Positions 35,969-48,485 of a stretch of DNA of 64,000 nt are shown in pieces. The stretch covers positions 1-64,000 of the forward strand of contig NIVC01002378.1 in the NCBI GenBank assembly GCA_002269645.1. The letters are read 5' to 3'. Below the pieces are notes generated by a model. It searched no databases, was not told the origin of the DNA, and was given only the letters and a program-made list of their open reading frames with translations. Numbering within the stretch: the first letter of the stretch is position 1; each line of letters starts with the position of its first letter. A program made the position numbers and the translations under genes. This stretch comes from Macrostomum lignano. Taxonomy: Eukaryota.

Positions 35969-36451
35969 CTGAGCCATGCTGCGACCATCGCCGCTATCCT
36001 CAGTCACCAGAGCGGCCAATTTTTGCTCATCAGCTTCGCCCACCTCGGCATCGCCGATTCGAGGCGCCCCGGGCACGCCGTACAAGCCGGCCAGCCGAAG
36101 AAAGTCAGCAAGTTGGCCGAGACAGCGGACAAGACTGTCCGGCCGTGCGGCCGGCCCGCCAGTGCGCCGCTGAGACCACAGGAAGCCGGCAATGCCAGGC
36201 AATAAAAGATACTTCAACTCATTAGTGGGCACATCGTCCAACTGTTCATTAGAAGAGAACAAGCCTAACAGGCCAACTATTGACTGGGCTCGGCCGCAGA
36301 GTTCGAGCCCACGGTCAATTGGATCACCGACGCTTGCAGTGCTACCACCTCCTTCCAATGATTCATAGATGCTCATCAGCTCGCTGAATATTGCTGACAG
36401 GCTGTCTGCCGCAGCGTCAACAGTTGCGTCAGAATTTTGCGACTCGGACAT
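35969..36451 (-). CDS. IGBP1: IGBP1/alpha4/TAP42 exon 1
   Basis: LFSSNEQLDDVPTNELKYLLLP matches the TAP42-family motif (human LFSRNEDLEEIASTDLKYLLVP). Donor CAG|GTAATG, phase 0. Confidence 0.92.
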
Positions 36452-36599
36452 TGTTGAACTGATTTTTTATAAGCAAATATTTTTATGATGAAGCACTGAA
36501 ATTATTGCATATAGCATTATGCTCAAGATCTCAATAGTGTTAGAAGTCCCAGTTCAATAAATATCAACAAATTTTGAGGAAGAGAATGTTTAGATCAGA

Positions 36600-36950
36600 A
36601 GAGTCTCAAGATTAAGTTACCAATGAGGCAAGATATATGAGCTTCAAAGGTGACTTGACTGAAGCCGAGTCTGTAAGGTTTGCCAATGACACCGTCATTC
36701 TCGCCTTCAGTGGCGAATCTCCCCAGCATCAACTGGAGCACCACCAAGATGCAGCTCCCGGAGTTGGTCACAGAGAAGGCCTGTCTAACCACCACATTGT
36801 AAGAGGGACAGGGCGTTCTACTCTGGGGCCAGAACGATCGATGAGATCCGCAGTCCCCGGATGGCCTTCAAGGACCCTCTACATGGGCCTCTCCACCGAC
36901 TGGGAGTGCCACGCGTAGAGGACTGGCCACGCTGCCTATGTTGGAGCATG
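36600..36950 (+). mobile_element. Highly degenerate LINE RT relic
   Basis: VRFANDTVILAFS resembles RT motif C (FADD-I/T-V-I-L). Confidence 0.4.
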
Positions 36951-37419
36951 GAAAATGATCTTTCGCTTCAGCCCAAACGCTGGTAGTTTTAATTATAGAA
37001 AATCTGCACATCGTGGCATTCTGTGGGGTCAAGGTAATAAGCTTGCTGATGAAATATATGCTTTAAATTCAAAATTGAAGACATTCATTAGCCATGTAAT
37101 GCAGAATATATTAATTACAATGCCTGATTGGCTCATTGGCGTTTGTAAAGAGAAGAAAGTTATGTACATTTGCTTTCTATTCGCGAACACATTATTGAGT
37201 TTTGGAATATTGTAAATTTAAAAACACCAGATGCTGCTAATTCAATTTTTCTACTCAACTTTGCCACCATGATTGGCCAAATTGCTGGTGGCCATGGTCT
37301 CAATGAATAAGCTTGTATTATTTAATAGCTAGCATCATTTAGAATAAATGCTATATAAAAAAGAAATGTTTGTAACATGAAACTAATTTGCAAGAATTCT
37401 GCATTGTGTGGACAATGAA

Positions 37420-38450
37420 TAAGTCACGTGCGACCCACAACTGTCAATTCAAACCCAACCTTCAAGTCATCATTTAGTTTGCACCCAGGTTGCACCCGGA
37501 TGAACCAATCAAAGTCTATTAGCTATGGTAACCAATCATGCACTTTTACAGTAGACTAGTTGCGCAACTTTCTACACTGTCATGCTTGACAGCCACCGAA
37601 TCGCGACCCTTTGACATTTACAAAAAAGTGATGGACGACCTCGAGAGAGGTTCATTTGCCTATAAATACAAGTGGTCCGAAGCAGACCCGGAGCCAAAAA
37701 ATTCTCCTCAAGAGAAGAGCTCCGAAGAGGAAGCCGAAGTCAGACTTCCTAGACCAAGACTTGGTCAAGTTGTTGCGGTAAGCCTTCCTTATTTGCACCC
37801 GTTGTTGTTAGAGACGTCTCACTTAAGTCCAGTGTGAATTGAGTTTAGTTTGAGTCTGTTGAGACTCTTGAGTCTGTTGAGACTCTTGAGTCTGTTGAGA
37901 CTCTTGAGTCTGTTGAGACTCTTGAGTCTGTTTAGACTCTACTGGTTGCAGTCTCTAGAAGGACTGCCCCTGATAGATCTTAGAAGACTATCAGTGGTTT
38001 CCGGAGCTACTCCTAGAGTGCATAGAAGCACTGCTAGAAGGAGGCTTAATTAAGACTGCACCTGGCACAGGGTACCCATTGTAATTGGAAGCTTCCCATT
38101 GGTCCAAATGATAGATTCCGGCCGGAACTACTTCTATGGAAGAGAAGGGAACTCGGACCTGATCTACGAACACTAGACATCTAGAAGCCGACGAGATCTA
38201 CTATCAGATCTGCATTGAGGACTACACCAAGGTCTGCTCAAGAAGCATCGAGACTACTAATCTGGATTTAAGGTAATTAAGTACCTGCAGTTGACTTACT
38301 GGTTTGCCTAGCTATTGAGCTAGAAGTGATTGTTTCTTGATTACAGTTGAGGACTGGTAATAAGGAACACATCACTTATCCTAGTATCAACTTGTATCTA
38401 ATTACACTCAAAATCAGAAATTAAAAGACAATACCGCCTTGTTCTTTGAC
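37420..38450 (+). mobile_element. LTR-like promoter module with internal 19-bp repeat, termini unresolved
   Basis: Two AACCAATCA boxes, TATAAATA near 37661, donor-like GGTAAG/GGTAAT, (GAGTCTGTTGAGACTCTT)n at 37850-37935 and ATTAAA near 38420. No TSD found. Confidence 0.35.
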
Positions 38451-39729
38451 CACCTATTTTTAATTTAGAATTACTGCTAATAGCATTTATATTATCAAAG
38501 TAGACTTAGTCTACTAATATAACTATAACTCTATAAATTGTATTTGTATTTGTGGGCATTAAAGCATATATATATTTATTTAGTTAGTATAATATAAAAG
38601 GTTAAATATTAAATATTTAACTTAATTAACTTTAACTTTAACTTTAATTAAATATATATATATATATATATTAGTATAGTAAATAATATATAGCATTACA
38701 GTCTAAGTCTACATTGTTAAAATGAATCAAATGATAGGCCCAGTTATAATTATTATTATCATTAAAATATGGTACATGGTATAGTATAATAATATGCAAT
38801 TTAAATAAATTATATGTAGACAAAATATATTTAAATTTGCTTTCTATTTTTATATTTTCACTTTCTAGGTCTAGATAAACTTTTGCCTCTACTTTAACTA
38901 CTTGTATAGCAGCCATAGATATAGCCCAGTCTCAGAAAACTCTCAGGCCTAAGGATAAAGCATTAAAGCAAAGCTCACTTTTAGGCTTCTTGAAAGGCAG
39001 TCAGGGCAATGGCAATGCAATAGCTAGTGCTCTACCTAAGAATAATACACCTCTAAGTGTTAATGCAGTTGCTAATTGCTACTTCTAATACTGAGACTGA
39101 AGTTAAGCCACAGCCACAAAGCAAAAAATTAAAGACTAGTACCACTTTGTATTCATAGCTATCTAGACAGTCTAGGCACAAGATTTGCTAGTTACCAACA
39201 AGATAATAGCCAATTGTATTGCCTAACATGCCTCTAGTTAGGCAAGGAGCTACAATATTATCCACGAGTTTCCCATTGGCAGCACTGCTGCCGCAGCTCA
39301 TATATACTTGCCTCCCGCAGCTGGGGAGTGAATTTTGTGTCTATGGCTTGCACGATTGCATCCAAGCAGCCCCGTTTTCTCCCGTAACAGCAGTTGAGCT
39401 GCCACAGTAGTATTTCAAAATTATTTAGATTTAGACATAGCAAAAAGTATCTATCACTTATAACAGATAGTCGCTTGTTTGTGTTATGCTTTCATGCATT
39501 AGCATTTCAGTGCAGTTAAATGTTCATTATATGTTCTCTACGTTAACACGTCAGAGTTATATAAAATCGATTTCATTGCAATTTGCAATCAAGACTCACA
39601 AATCTGACAAATTACTAACAGTGATTGAACTGTCATCTGAGGAAGAGCTGTTCGCATGCAGAATTTATTGGGTACACACAATGAAAACCAGCATTGACTC
39701 ATAGAAATTCAAACTAACAGAACATGTAG

Positions 39730-40213
39730 GTGCACGCAATGACAAAAAAGAGCATTAGCTCATAGAAATAGGATAGGATGTCACGTGACAGTTCAACAAC
39801 GATACGTTCGGAGAGCAACAACTGCGGTGCATCTTGGCCGAATAAGTTGTTGTGGGCCTGCACCGTTGAATGAATAAGAAAGTTCCATAAGTAGCCGCTG
39901 CTTGATTCCGCCAGACAGTATAACTTGATCCCAAGTTTTGCTTTCTTGTTCGGCATGTACTGGCAAAAATGAAGCCTGCCTTTGAAAAGTATCAATGACT
40001 CGTCAATCGAAATGTTCTGCTGTGGCATATATTTGTTCTGGCAGATCGCCTGCACCAACTTCAGAAATGGTTGAATATTGCACAAAGGGTCAGCCTTGTC
40101 AACCTCAGCACAGTTGTAGCAATGAAACCAAGTCAATATAAGTTGGAATCTGTTTCGCGAAAGGCAGGACTGCGCAGGATAAAAATCCTGGCGATACAGG
40201 ATCCATTGACCAG
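39730..40213 (-). pseudogene. piggyBac transposase relic, catalytic-region part
   Basis: WSMDP...SRNRFQLIL...NISIDESLILFKGRLHFCQYMPNKKAKLGIKLYCLAESSSGYLWNF. Confidence 0.9.
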
Positions 40214-40221
40214 TCCTTCCT

Positions 40222-42750
40222 TCTATATACTAAAGCTGACGTCGTGGTCCGGTGGTAGGGTGGGCCGGTGGGCCGGGTTTGTCGACGATCTCCTCCTAGG
40301 ATTCTTGCAACTCAACTTTCAAACCGGTACCAAAACATGTCAAATGTCCCGACGATGCTACAATTTAAAATTCATTTTCAAATTTCAATTTTAAGTGCTT
40401 CAAAAAAGCAGAAAACAGCACAAACCAGACAGCCAGATGTCTATATATCGCATTCCATGGACTTCCTTCCCACTTGACGCTATTTTGTATGGTTGCGCCA
40501 CAACTTTTCTCCTATCTCTGCAGTGTATTTCATTTCAGCTGGGGGAGGGTCGCCGGCACTTGAGAATTGGCGGCCTACTTGCTCAGTGTTAAAAAGGGGT
40601 GGAGGTGCACACTGCGCGAGAATGGATGGCTTGATTTTTTAACTCATCACAGAGTGTACATTGCGCTCTGCAAGTAAGAAACGGGAAAACTTGCACCTTA
40701 ATTTCTGCTTTTAATTTTCAAGCTACAGAAAAGTGAATCACACCGTTGGAAAGAGTTTGAAAAACTGAACAGAATGGTATAATTTTCTGTTCCGAAATCT
40801 CAACTGCATCAGAGCAATTTGTCATAGAAATTTTCTTGATTTCAATTGTGAAAATGTTAAGTGGCTGGGGAGGGGTTTCATTAATTTCAATTCTGACTGT
40901 GCAATGCACAAGCCTAGACTCTCCCTGTGCATTTGGGGAGGTGCATGGGCTATAGACTGTACTGTAGATCTTTACTGTACGCTTGCAAGTAACAAGGCCG
41001 ACATAAATGAATAAATTCGGCTAAATGCAGTGTACATTTGTGAGAACCGGGCTGCGACAGTGATGGCGCAATGCATATGCATCAACGGGGGCAGGCGATC
41101 GTTTCAGTAGCTCAATTTCGCTGGCCCAAGAGCTAGGGTTAGGGTTACGATATGGAGTTCTGCAGATTCAACATTCCAACCATAGGATTCCGGGGATTTC
41201 AATTCAGCGGATTTCTCCTCCAACGGAGGAGTTCCACTCGTATATACTAAAGCTGACGTCGTGGTCCGGTGGTAGGGTGGGCCGGTGGGCCGGGTTTGTC
41301 GACGATCTCCTCCTAGGATTCTTGCAACTCAACTTTCAAACCGGTACCAAAACATGTCAAATGTCCCGACGATGCTACAATTTAAAATTCATTTTCAAAT
41401 TTCAATTTTAAGTGCTTCAAAAAAGCAGAAAACAGCACAAACCAGACAGCCAGATGTCTATATATCGCATTCCATGGACTTCCCATCCCACTTGACGCTA
41501 TTTTGTATGGTTGCGCCACAACTTTTCTCCTATCTCTGCAGTGTATTTCATTTCAGCTGGGGGAGGGTCGCCGGCACTTGAGAATTGGCGGCCTACTTGC
41601 TCAGTGTTAAAAAGGGGTGGAGGTGCACACTGCGCGAGAATGGATGGCTTGATTTTTCAACTCATCACAGAGTGTACATTGCGCTCTGCAAGTAAGAAAC
41701 GGGAAAACTTGCACCTTAATTTCTGCTTTTAATTTTCAAGCTACAGAAAAGTGAATCACACCGTTGGAAAGAGTTTGAAAAACTGAACAGAATGGTATAA
41801 TTTTCTGTTCCGAAATCTCAACTGCATCAGAGCAATTTGTCATAGAAAATTTCTTGATTTCAATTGTGAAAACGTTAAGTGGCTGGGGAGGGGTTTCATT
41901 AATTTCAATTCTGACTGTGCAATGCACAAGCCTAGACTCTCCCTGTGCATTTGGGGAGGTGCATGGGCTATAGACTGTACTGTAGATCTTTACTGTACGC
42001 TTGCAAGTAACAAGGCCGGCATAAATGAATAAATTCGGCTAAATGCAGTGTACATTTGTGAGAACCGGGCTGCGACAGTGATGGCGCAATGCATATGCAT
42101 CAACGGGGGCAGGCGATCGTTTCAGTAGCTCAATTTCGCTGGCCCAAGAGCTAGGGTTAGGGTTACGATATGGAGTTCTGCAGATTCAACATTCCAACCA
42201 TGGGATTCCGGGGATTTCAATTCAGCGGATTTCTCCTCCAACGGAGGAGTTCCACTCGTCTATATACTAAAGCTGACGTCGTGGTCCGGTGGTAGGGTGG
42301 GCCGGTGGGCCGGGTTTGTCGACGATCTCCTCCTAGGATTCTTGCAACTCAACGTTCAAACCGGTACCAAAACATGTCAAATGTCCCAACGATGCTACAA
42401 TTTAAAATTCATTTTCAAATTTCAATTTTAAGTGCTTCAAAAAAGCAGAAAACAGCACAAACCAGACAGCCAGACCAGATGTCTATATATCGCATTCCAT
42501 GGACTTCCCACTTGACGCTATTTTGTATGGTTGCGCCACAACTTTTCTCCTATCTCTGCAGTGTATTTCATTTCAGCTGGGGGAGGGTCGCCGGCACTTG
42601 AGAATTGGCGGCCTACTTGCTCAGTGTTAAAAAGGGGTGGAGGTGCACACTGCGCGAGAATGGATGGCTTGATTTTTTAACTCATCACAGAGTGTACATT
42701 GCGCTCTGCAAGTAAGAAACGGGAAAACTTGCACCTTAATTTCTGCTTTA
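40222..42750 (+). repeat. About 1.02-kb unit repeated about 2.5 times head-to-tail (40222-41240, 41241-42258, 42259-about 42750)
   Basis: Near-identical copies. Each starts (TC)TATATACTAAAGCTG; complete units end CTCCTCC-AAC-GGAGGAG-TTCCACTCG. Confidence 0.95.
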
Positions 42751-43554
42751 AGGTTGGGAAGATTGGAAATTATCCGAGGTCGGCTATAGGCTATTTTAAT
42801 TCTGAAATTTTAATTTCTAAGATCCTCAAAAAAAGCAGAAAACTGCCTTTTTGACCCCCAATAACCTTCTTTTGCTACTCTGCCTGGGGCTTCAGCCAGT
42901 TTGTAAAAATAGCCACCCCAACCTCCGCCCGCGGGCCGCTGTGTATTGAGGGGTGGTGGGTGCGCGTGTTCTGCGTTCAATGCAAATAAAACCCCCGCGA
43001 GTTGAGGGGTTGAGTTAAATTTAATGATTCCCCCGGAACGGGGGGTTGGGCTTGGGCTGAGTGTACATAGCTGTTGTAAACAGATAGAACTGTGCCGAGA
43101 TTCAATTGGTTTTATTATCGGCCCTGTGTATTAGCTGGGCAGTGAATTTCAATGAATAAACTTGCGAGCTTCTCTAGCAAGCAGTTGGGAAATCGGTAAA
43201 TTTCAAACGCTAACTGTTCCTCGAGTTTTAAACTTTGAGAAGAGAAACTTATATTGCTGGAAAGATCTTGCAACGCTGAGTTCGGGGATATAAGTTGTTT
43301 GCTTTAAATATGAAAAGAAAAAGCACAGCATTTGAAAAACTATTTCCATACTTTTAACTTTCTGCAAAGATTGTACTCAGTTTTGCGAGACGTAATAGAT
43401 AAAGTTGGGGGGAGGGTTCAACTTCTCACTGCTGCTGTGTATTGGAGGGTTGATTTAGATTGACTGACTGACTGTGAAATCGGTTGCGCAATGAATTGAT
43501 TCAATTAGTTCAATATTCTAATCAGTGCCTTTTAACACAAACCTGTGCGTAGTT

Positions 43555-43584
43555 CTAACCCTAACCCTAACCCTAACCCTAACC
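43555..43584. repeat. Interstitial telomere-type repeat (CTAACC)5
   Basis: Directly visible. Confidence 0.9.
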
Positions 43585-43864
43585 AATGAATCCGGAGTTG
43601 AGTTGTTTGACGGAAAAAATTCGATTGAGTCCAGTTTAGCGGAGACGATTTCAATGTTTTAATTTTGACGGAGAGAATTTCTGTTTCGTGGAGATAATTT
43701 ATGATTGATTTCTGTTTTATGGAGACCATTTTGATGGATTTAAGTTTCAAGGAGAGGATTTCGAAGGAGTCCAGTTTCACGGAGAGGATTTCGATGGTTT
43801 TCAGTTGCACGGACAGGATTTCTGCTTCGCGCGGAGAGGATCTTGATGGATTTGGCATCTTCAA

Positions 43865-44800
43865 TCAGAGAAGAGAGTAAAGAGAAGAATGAAAAGAGAA
43901 GAGAGATGAGATGATAGAAAACAGAGTAGAAATGAGTGGAGAGATTAGACATGACAGATGGGAGAAAAAAGGGGAGTAAGGCGGGAACGAAGGAGAGAGA
44001 AGAGAAGAGGAGAGAGGAGATGAGAGGGGAGATATGAGATAGCAAAGGGATACAAGAGAGATAATAGGAGAGAGAATAGATGAGGGATAAGAGCGTACAG
44101 AGGAAATAGAAGAGAGGGAAGAGTAGAGGAGAAAAAAAGAGTGAGATGAGGGGATGAGGGATGAGAGAGCAGGGGAGAGAGGAGAGAGAAGAGAGGAGAA
44201 AAGAGGGGAGAAAGGAGAGAGAAGCGAAAGGAGAAGAGAGAGAGGAGAGAGGAGAGAGATGAAAGATCATAGATGAGAGAGTTAAGAGAGGAAAGTAGTG
44301 CGGAGAGGAGAGATGAGAGATGCGATGAGAAGAGATGCGTGAGAACATAAGAGAGAAGAGATTAGAGATTAGAGATTAGAGAAGAGAGGGGAGAAGATGA
44401 AAGGAGCAAGGAGAGGAGAAAAGAGAGAATGGAGAGGATAGAAAAGAGAGAAGAGAAGAGACAGGGCATAGTGGAAAGAAGGAAAGAAAGATGGGAGACA
44501 AGAAAGTAGAGTGTGAGAGCGTATTTGAGATATGAGAAATGAGAGCTGAGAGAAGAGAAAAGAGAAGAGAGAGAGAGGGTTAAGAGAGACGATAGATAAG
44601 TGAGTAGAGATGATATATGAGAGAGAAGAAAAGAGGGAGAGATAAGAGAGAAGAGAGGAGACAGGAGACAGGAGAGGGTACAGACGAAAGACGAGGGAGA
44701 AGAGATAAATAAGGGAGTAGGGGTAGAGATGAGATGAGAGAGAGGAGAGAGAAGAGAGTCACGATAATAGCGAAGAGAGTAGAGAGGAGATATGATAGAC
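43865..44800. repeat. About 0.9-kb polypurine (AG-rich) low-complexity tract
   Basis: Plus strand is overwhelmingly A and G. Confidence 0.95.
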
Positions 44801-45579
44801 GTGAGAGTCTTTGAGCTATGGTCTTTTAAAGGTTTTGTAAAGAATTTGGAGACGATTTGGAAGATAGGGTTCAAGGCATGGAATTTCAGTTGATGGATAT
44901 TTCAGGAAATAGAATTCCGGTGATGGGAGTTCTTCCCCTTTCTCCTCCGAAGGAGGAGTTCCACTCGTATATACTAAAAATGAGTTGTCTGTATGTGGGT
45001 AGGTAGGTAGGTATGCGATAGATTTCAGAAAAATTGGCTCAACCAATTTTCTTCAAACTTGCACCATTCAATCAGAAATTTTCCTGGGACGGTACATGCA
45101 TCTTGGCTAAGAAATTGCTCAATGTTAAAGGGATTAAATATTCGAAAAACATGCTTTTTTGCAAAGGTCAAGCAGCTCTTTCGACCTGAAATGCATTGTA
45201 AGAATGCTAGAGAAAAAACTGACTGACTGAATTCCGATTGTGATAAAGATTGCATCACAACAAGTTGAAAACAGTACCGAAGAAATGCACACACGACTTG
45301 ATTTAAATTGCGTAACCATATTGCTAACTTAAATTGAGACTGATACTGGCTGACTGAGAAATTGATTATGTCATAACTTTTTACTCCAATTGACTTGCTG
45401 TAAGAATTGAATTATAAGGGCCACAATTCATGTTCTCCAATTGAAAAGAGATAGCCCTGATGCGAACAGACTGGAATGCTAATGTAGCGACCTGGGTTCG
45501 AATCTTAGTAGTCCAAAAAGATTTTTTTTATTAAAACACCTTAAAAACACAACAAAACTGCTAAACATCAAAGAAGCGC

Positions 45580-47640
45580 AATGTCAAACATAGAAGAGCC
45601 AACATATCGAACATAAAAGAGTTACCATGTCAAACATAAAAGAGCTACCATGTCGAACATTAAAGAGCTACCATGTCAAACATAAAAAGAGCCACCATGT
45701 CAAACATAAAAGAGCCACTTTGTCGAACATTAAAGAGCCACCATGTCAAACATAAAAGAGCCAACATGTCAGACATTAAAAAGCCACCGTACCAAACATA
45801 AAAGAGTTACCATGTAGAATAAAAAAGATCCACCATGTCGAACATAAAAGAGCCACCATGTCAAACATAAAGAGCCACCATGTCAAACATTTAGGAGCCA
45901 CCATGTCAAACATATATGTGACTTTATGTCAAATATTAAAGAGCCACCATGTGAAACATTAAAGAGCCACCATGTCGAACATTTAAGAGCCACCATGTCA
46001 AACCTAAAAGAGCCACCATGTCGAACATAAAAGAGCCACAATGTCAAACATTAAAGAGCCACCATTTCAAACCTAAAGGAGCCACCATGTCGAACATTAA
46101 AGAGCCACCATGGAGAACATAAAAGAGCCACCATATCAAACATAAAAGAGCCACCATGTCAAACATAAAAGAGACAACATGTCAGACATTAAAGAGCCAC
46201 CATGTCAAACATAAAAGAGACAACATGTCAGACATTAAAAAGCCACCGTATCAAACATAAAAGAGTTACCATGTAGAACATTAAAGAGCCACCATTTCAA
46301 ACCTAAAAGAGCCACCATGTCAAACATTAAAGAGCCACCATGTCGAACATTCAAAAGCCACCATGTCAAACATTAAAGAGCCACCATGTTGAACATAAAA
46401 GAGCCACCATATCAAACATAAAAGAGTTACCATGTCAAACATTAAAGAGCCACATTGTCAAGCATTAAAGACCCACCATTTCAAATCTAAAAGAGCCACC
46501 ATGTCAAACATTAAGAAGCCACCATGTCAAACATTAAAAAGCCACAATGTCAAACATTAAAGAGCCACCATTTCAAACCTAAAGGAGCCACCATGTCGAA
46601 CATACAAGAGCCACCATGTCAAACATTAAAGAGTCACCATGTCAAACATTAAAGAGCCACCGTTTCAAACCTAAAAGAGCCACCATGTCGAACATAAAAG
46701 GGCCACCATGTCAAATATTAAAGAGCCAGCATGTCGAACATTAAAGAGCCACCATGCCAAACATTAAAGAGCCACCATGTCAACCATAAAAGAGCCACCA
46801 TGTCGAACATAAAAGAGCCACCATGTCAACCATAAAAGAACCACCACGTCAAGCATATACATTACTCCATGTCAAACATTAAAGATCCACCATGCCAAAC
46901 ATTAAAGAGCCACCATGTCAAACATTAAAGAGCCAGCATGTCAAACACTAAACAGCCAGCATGTCAAACATAAAAGAGCCACCATGTCGAACATTATTGA
47001 GCCACCATGTCAGACATTAAAGAGCCACCATGCGAAACATAAAAGAGACACCATGTCGAACATAAAAGAGCCACCATGTCAAACATAAAAGAGCCACCAT
47101 GTCGAACATTATTGAGCCACCATGTCGAACATAAAAGAGCCACCATGCCAAACATAAAAGAGCCGCCATGTCAAACATAAAAAAGCCACTATGTCAACCA
47201 TAAAAGAATCACCACGTCAAGCATATACATTACTCCATGTCAAACATTAAAGAGCCACCATGTCAAACATAAAAGAGCCACCATATCAAACATTAAAGAG
47301 CCACAATGTCAAAAATTAAAGAGCCACCATGTCGAAGATTAAAGTGCTACCATGTCAAACATAGAAGAGACACCATGTCGAACAACTGAGCCACCATGTC
47401 AAACATAACAGAGACACCATGTCAAACATTAAAGAGCCACCATGTCAAAAATTAAAGAACCACGATGTCAATCATTAAAGAGCCACTATGTCAAACATAT
47501 ACGTGACTCCATGTCAAACATTAAAGAGCTACCATGTCAAACATAGAAGAGCCACCATGTCAAACATAGAAGAGACACCATGTGTCCATGTCAAACATAG
47601 AAGAGCCACCATGTCAAACATAAAAAGAAGTGTCATGCCA
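45580..47640. repeat. 23-bp satellite (TAAAGAGCCACCATGTCAAACAT), diverged units
   Basis: Period 23 measured; about 90 units. Confidence 0.96.
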
Positions 47641-47699
47641 AACAAAATGGAGCCACTATAAATCTAATGAAATTATTGCAGTAGCTACTTGATGTCTGG

Positions 47700-48370
47700 T
47701 GGATGCTTGCTATTTAAGGATGGATACTTGCTATCAGGGGGATGCTTGCTATCTGAGTGATGCTTGCTATTGGGGGGAGGGATGCTTGCTATCGGAAGAA
47801 TGCTTGCTATCTGGGGTAACTTGCTATTGGGGGATGCTTGTTCTTGGGGAGTGGATGGTACTTGCTATCTGAGAGGGGGTTGCTAGCTATCTATAAGGAT
47901 TCTTTGTATCCAGGGATGCTTGCTATCTGGGGGATGGTTGCATGCTGTCTGGGGATGCTTGCATGCTGTCTGGGGATGCTTGCATGCTGTCTGGGGATGC
48001 TTGCATGCTGTCTGGGGATGCTTGCTATCTGGGCGATTCTTGCTATCTGGGAGATGCTTGCTATCTGGGGGATGCTTGCATGCTGTCTGGGGATGCTTGC
48101 TATCTGGGGGATTCTTGCTATCTGGGGATGCTTGCGTGCTGTCTGGGGATGCTTGCTATATCTGGGGGATTCGTGCTATCTGGGAGATGCTTGCATGCTG
48201 TCTGGGGATGCTTGCTATCTGGGGGATGCTTGCTATCTGGAAGATGCTTGCATGCTGTCTGGGGATGCTTGCTATCTGGGGGATTCTTGCTATTTGGGGG
48301 ATGCTTGCTATCTGGGAGATGCTTGCATGCTATCTGGGAGATGCTTGCATGCTGTCTGGGGATGTTTTCT
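47700..48370. repeat. Two-variant minisatellite (GGATGCTTGCTATCTGGG / GGATGCTTGCATGCTGTCTGG)
   Basis: Directly visible. Confidence 0.93.
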
Positions 48371-48485
48371 TTACAGATGGAATGTCTGTTGTCTTTGTGA
48401 AAGCTTTATTTCGCTGTCTTTTTGTTACTTTTAGAGAACATATATTCTATTTAGATGTCCCCCATCGGGGGGCGAAGATTGCTAG

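Larger units (their letters stand above)
40214..48485 (+). mobile_element. Composite Helitron-like block (tandem non-autonomous units plus satellites) inserted without TSD into the piggyBac ORF
   Basis: Starts TC, ends with a hairpin CCCCC-ATC-GGGGG then CTAG|T. Internal TCTATATACTAAA 5' ends and hairpin+CTCG 3' ends. Excision restores CAA TA|C TGG TCA ATG (QYWSM). Confidence 0.75.

Noticed and set aside
43740-44874. Hydrophobic Leu/Ser-rich ORFs resembling membrane proteins
   Set aside because: They are the antisense reading of the polypurine tract.
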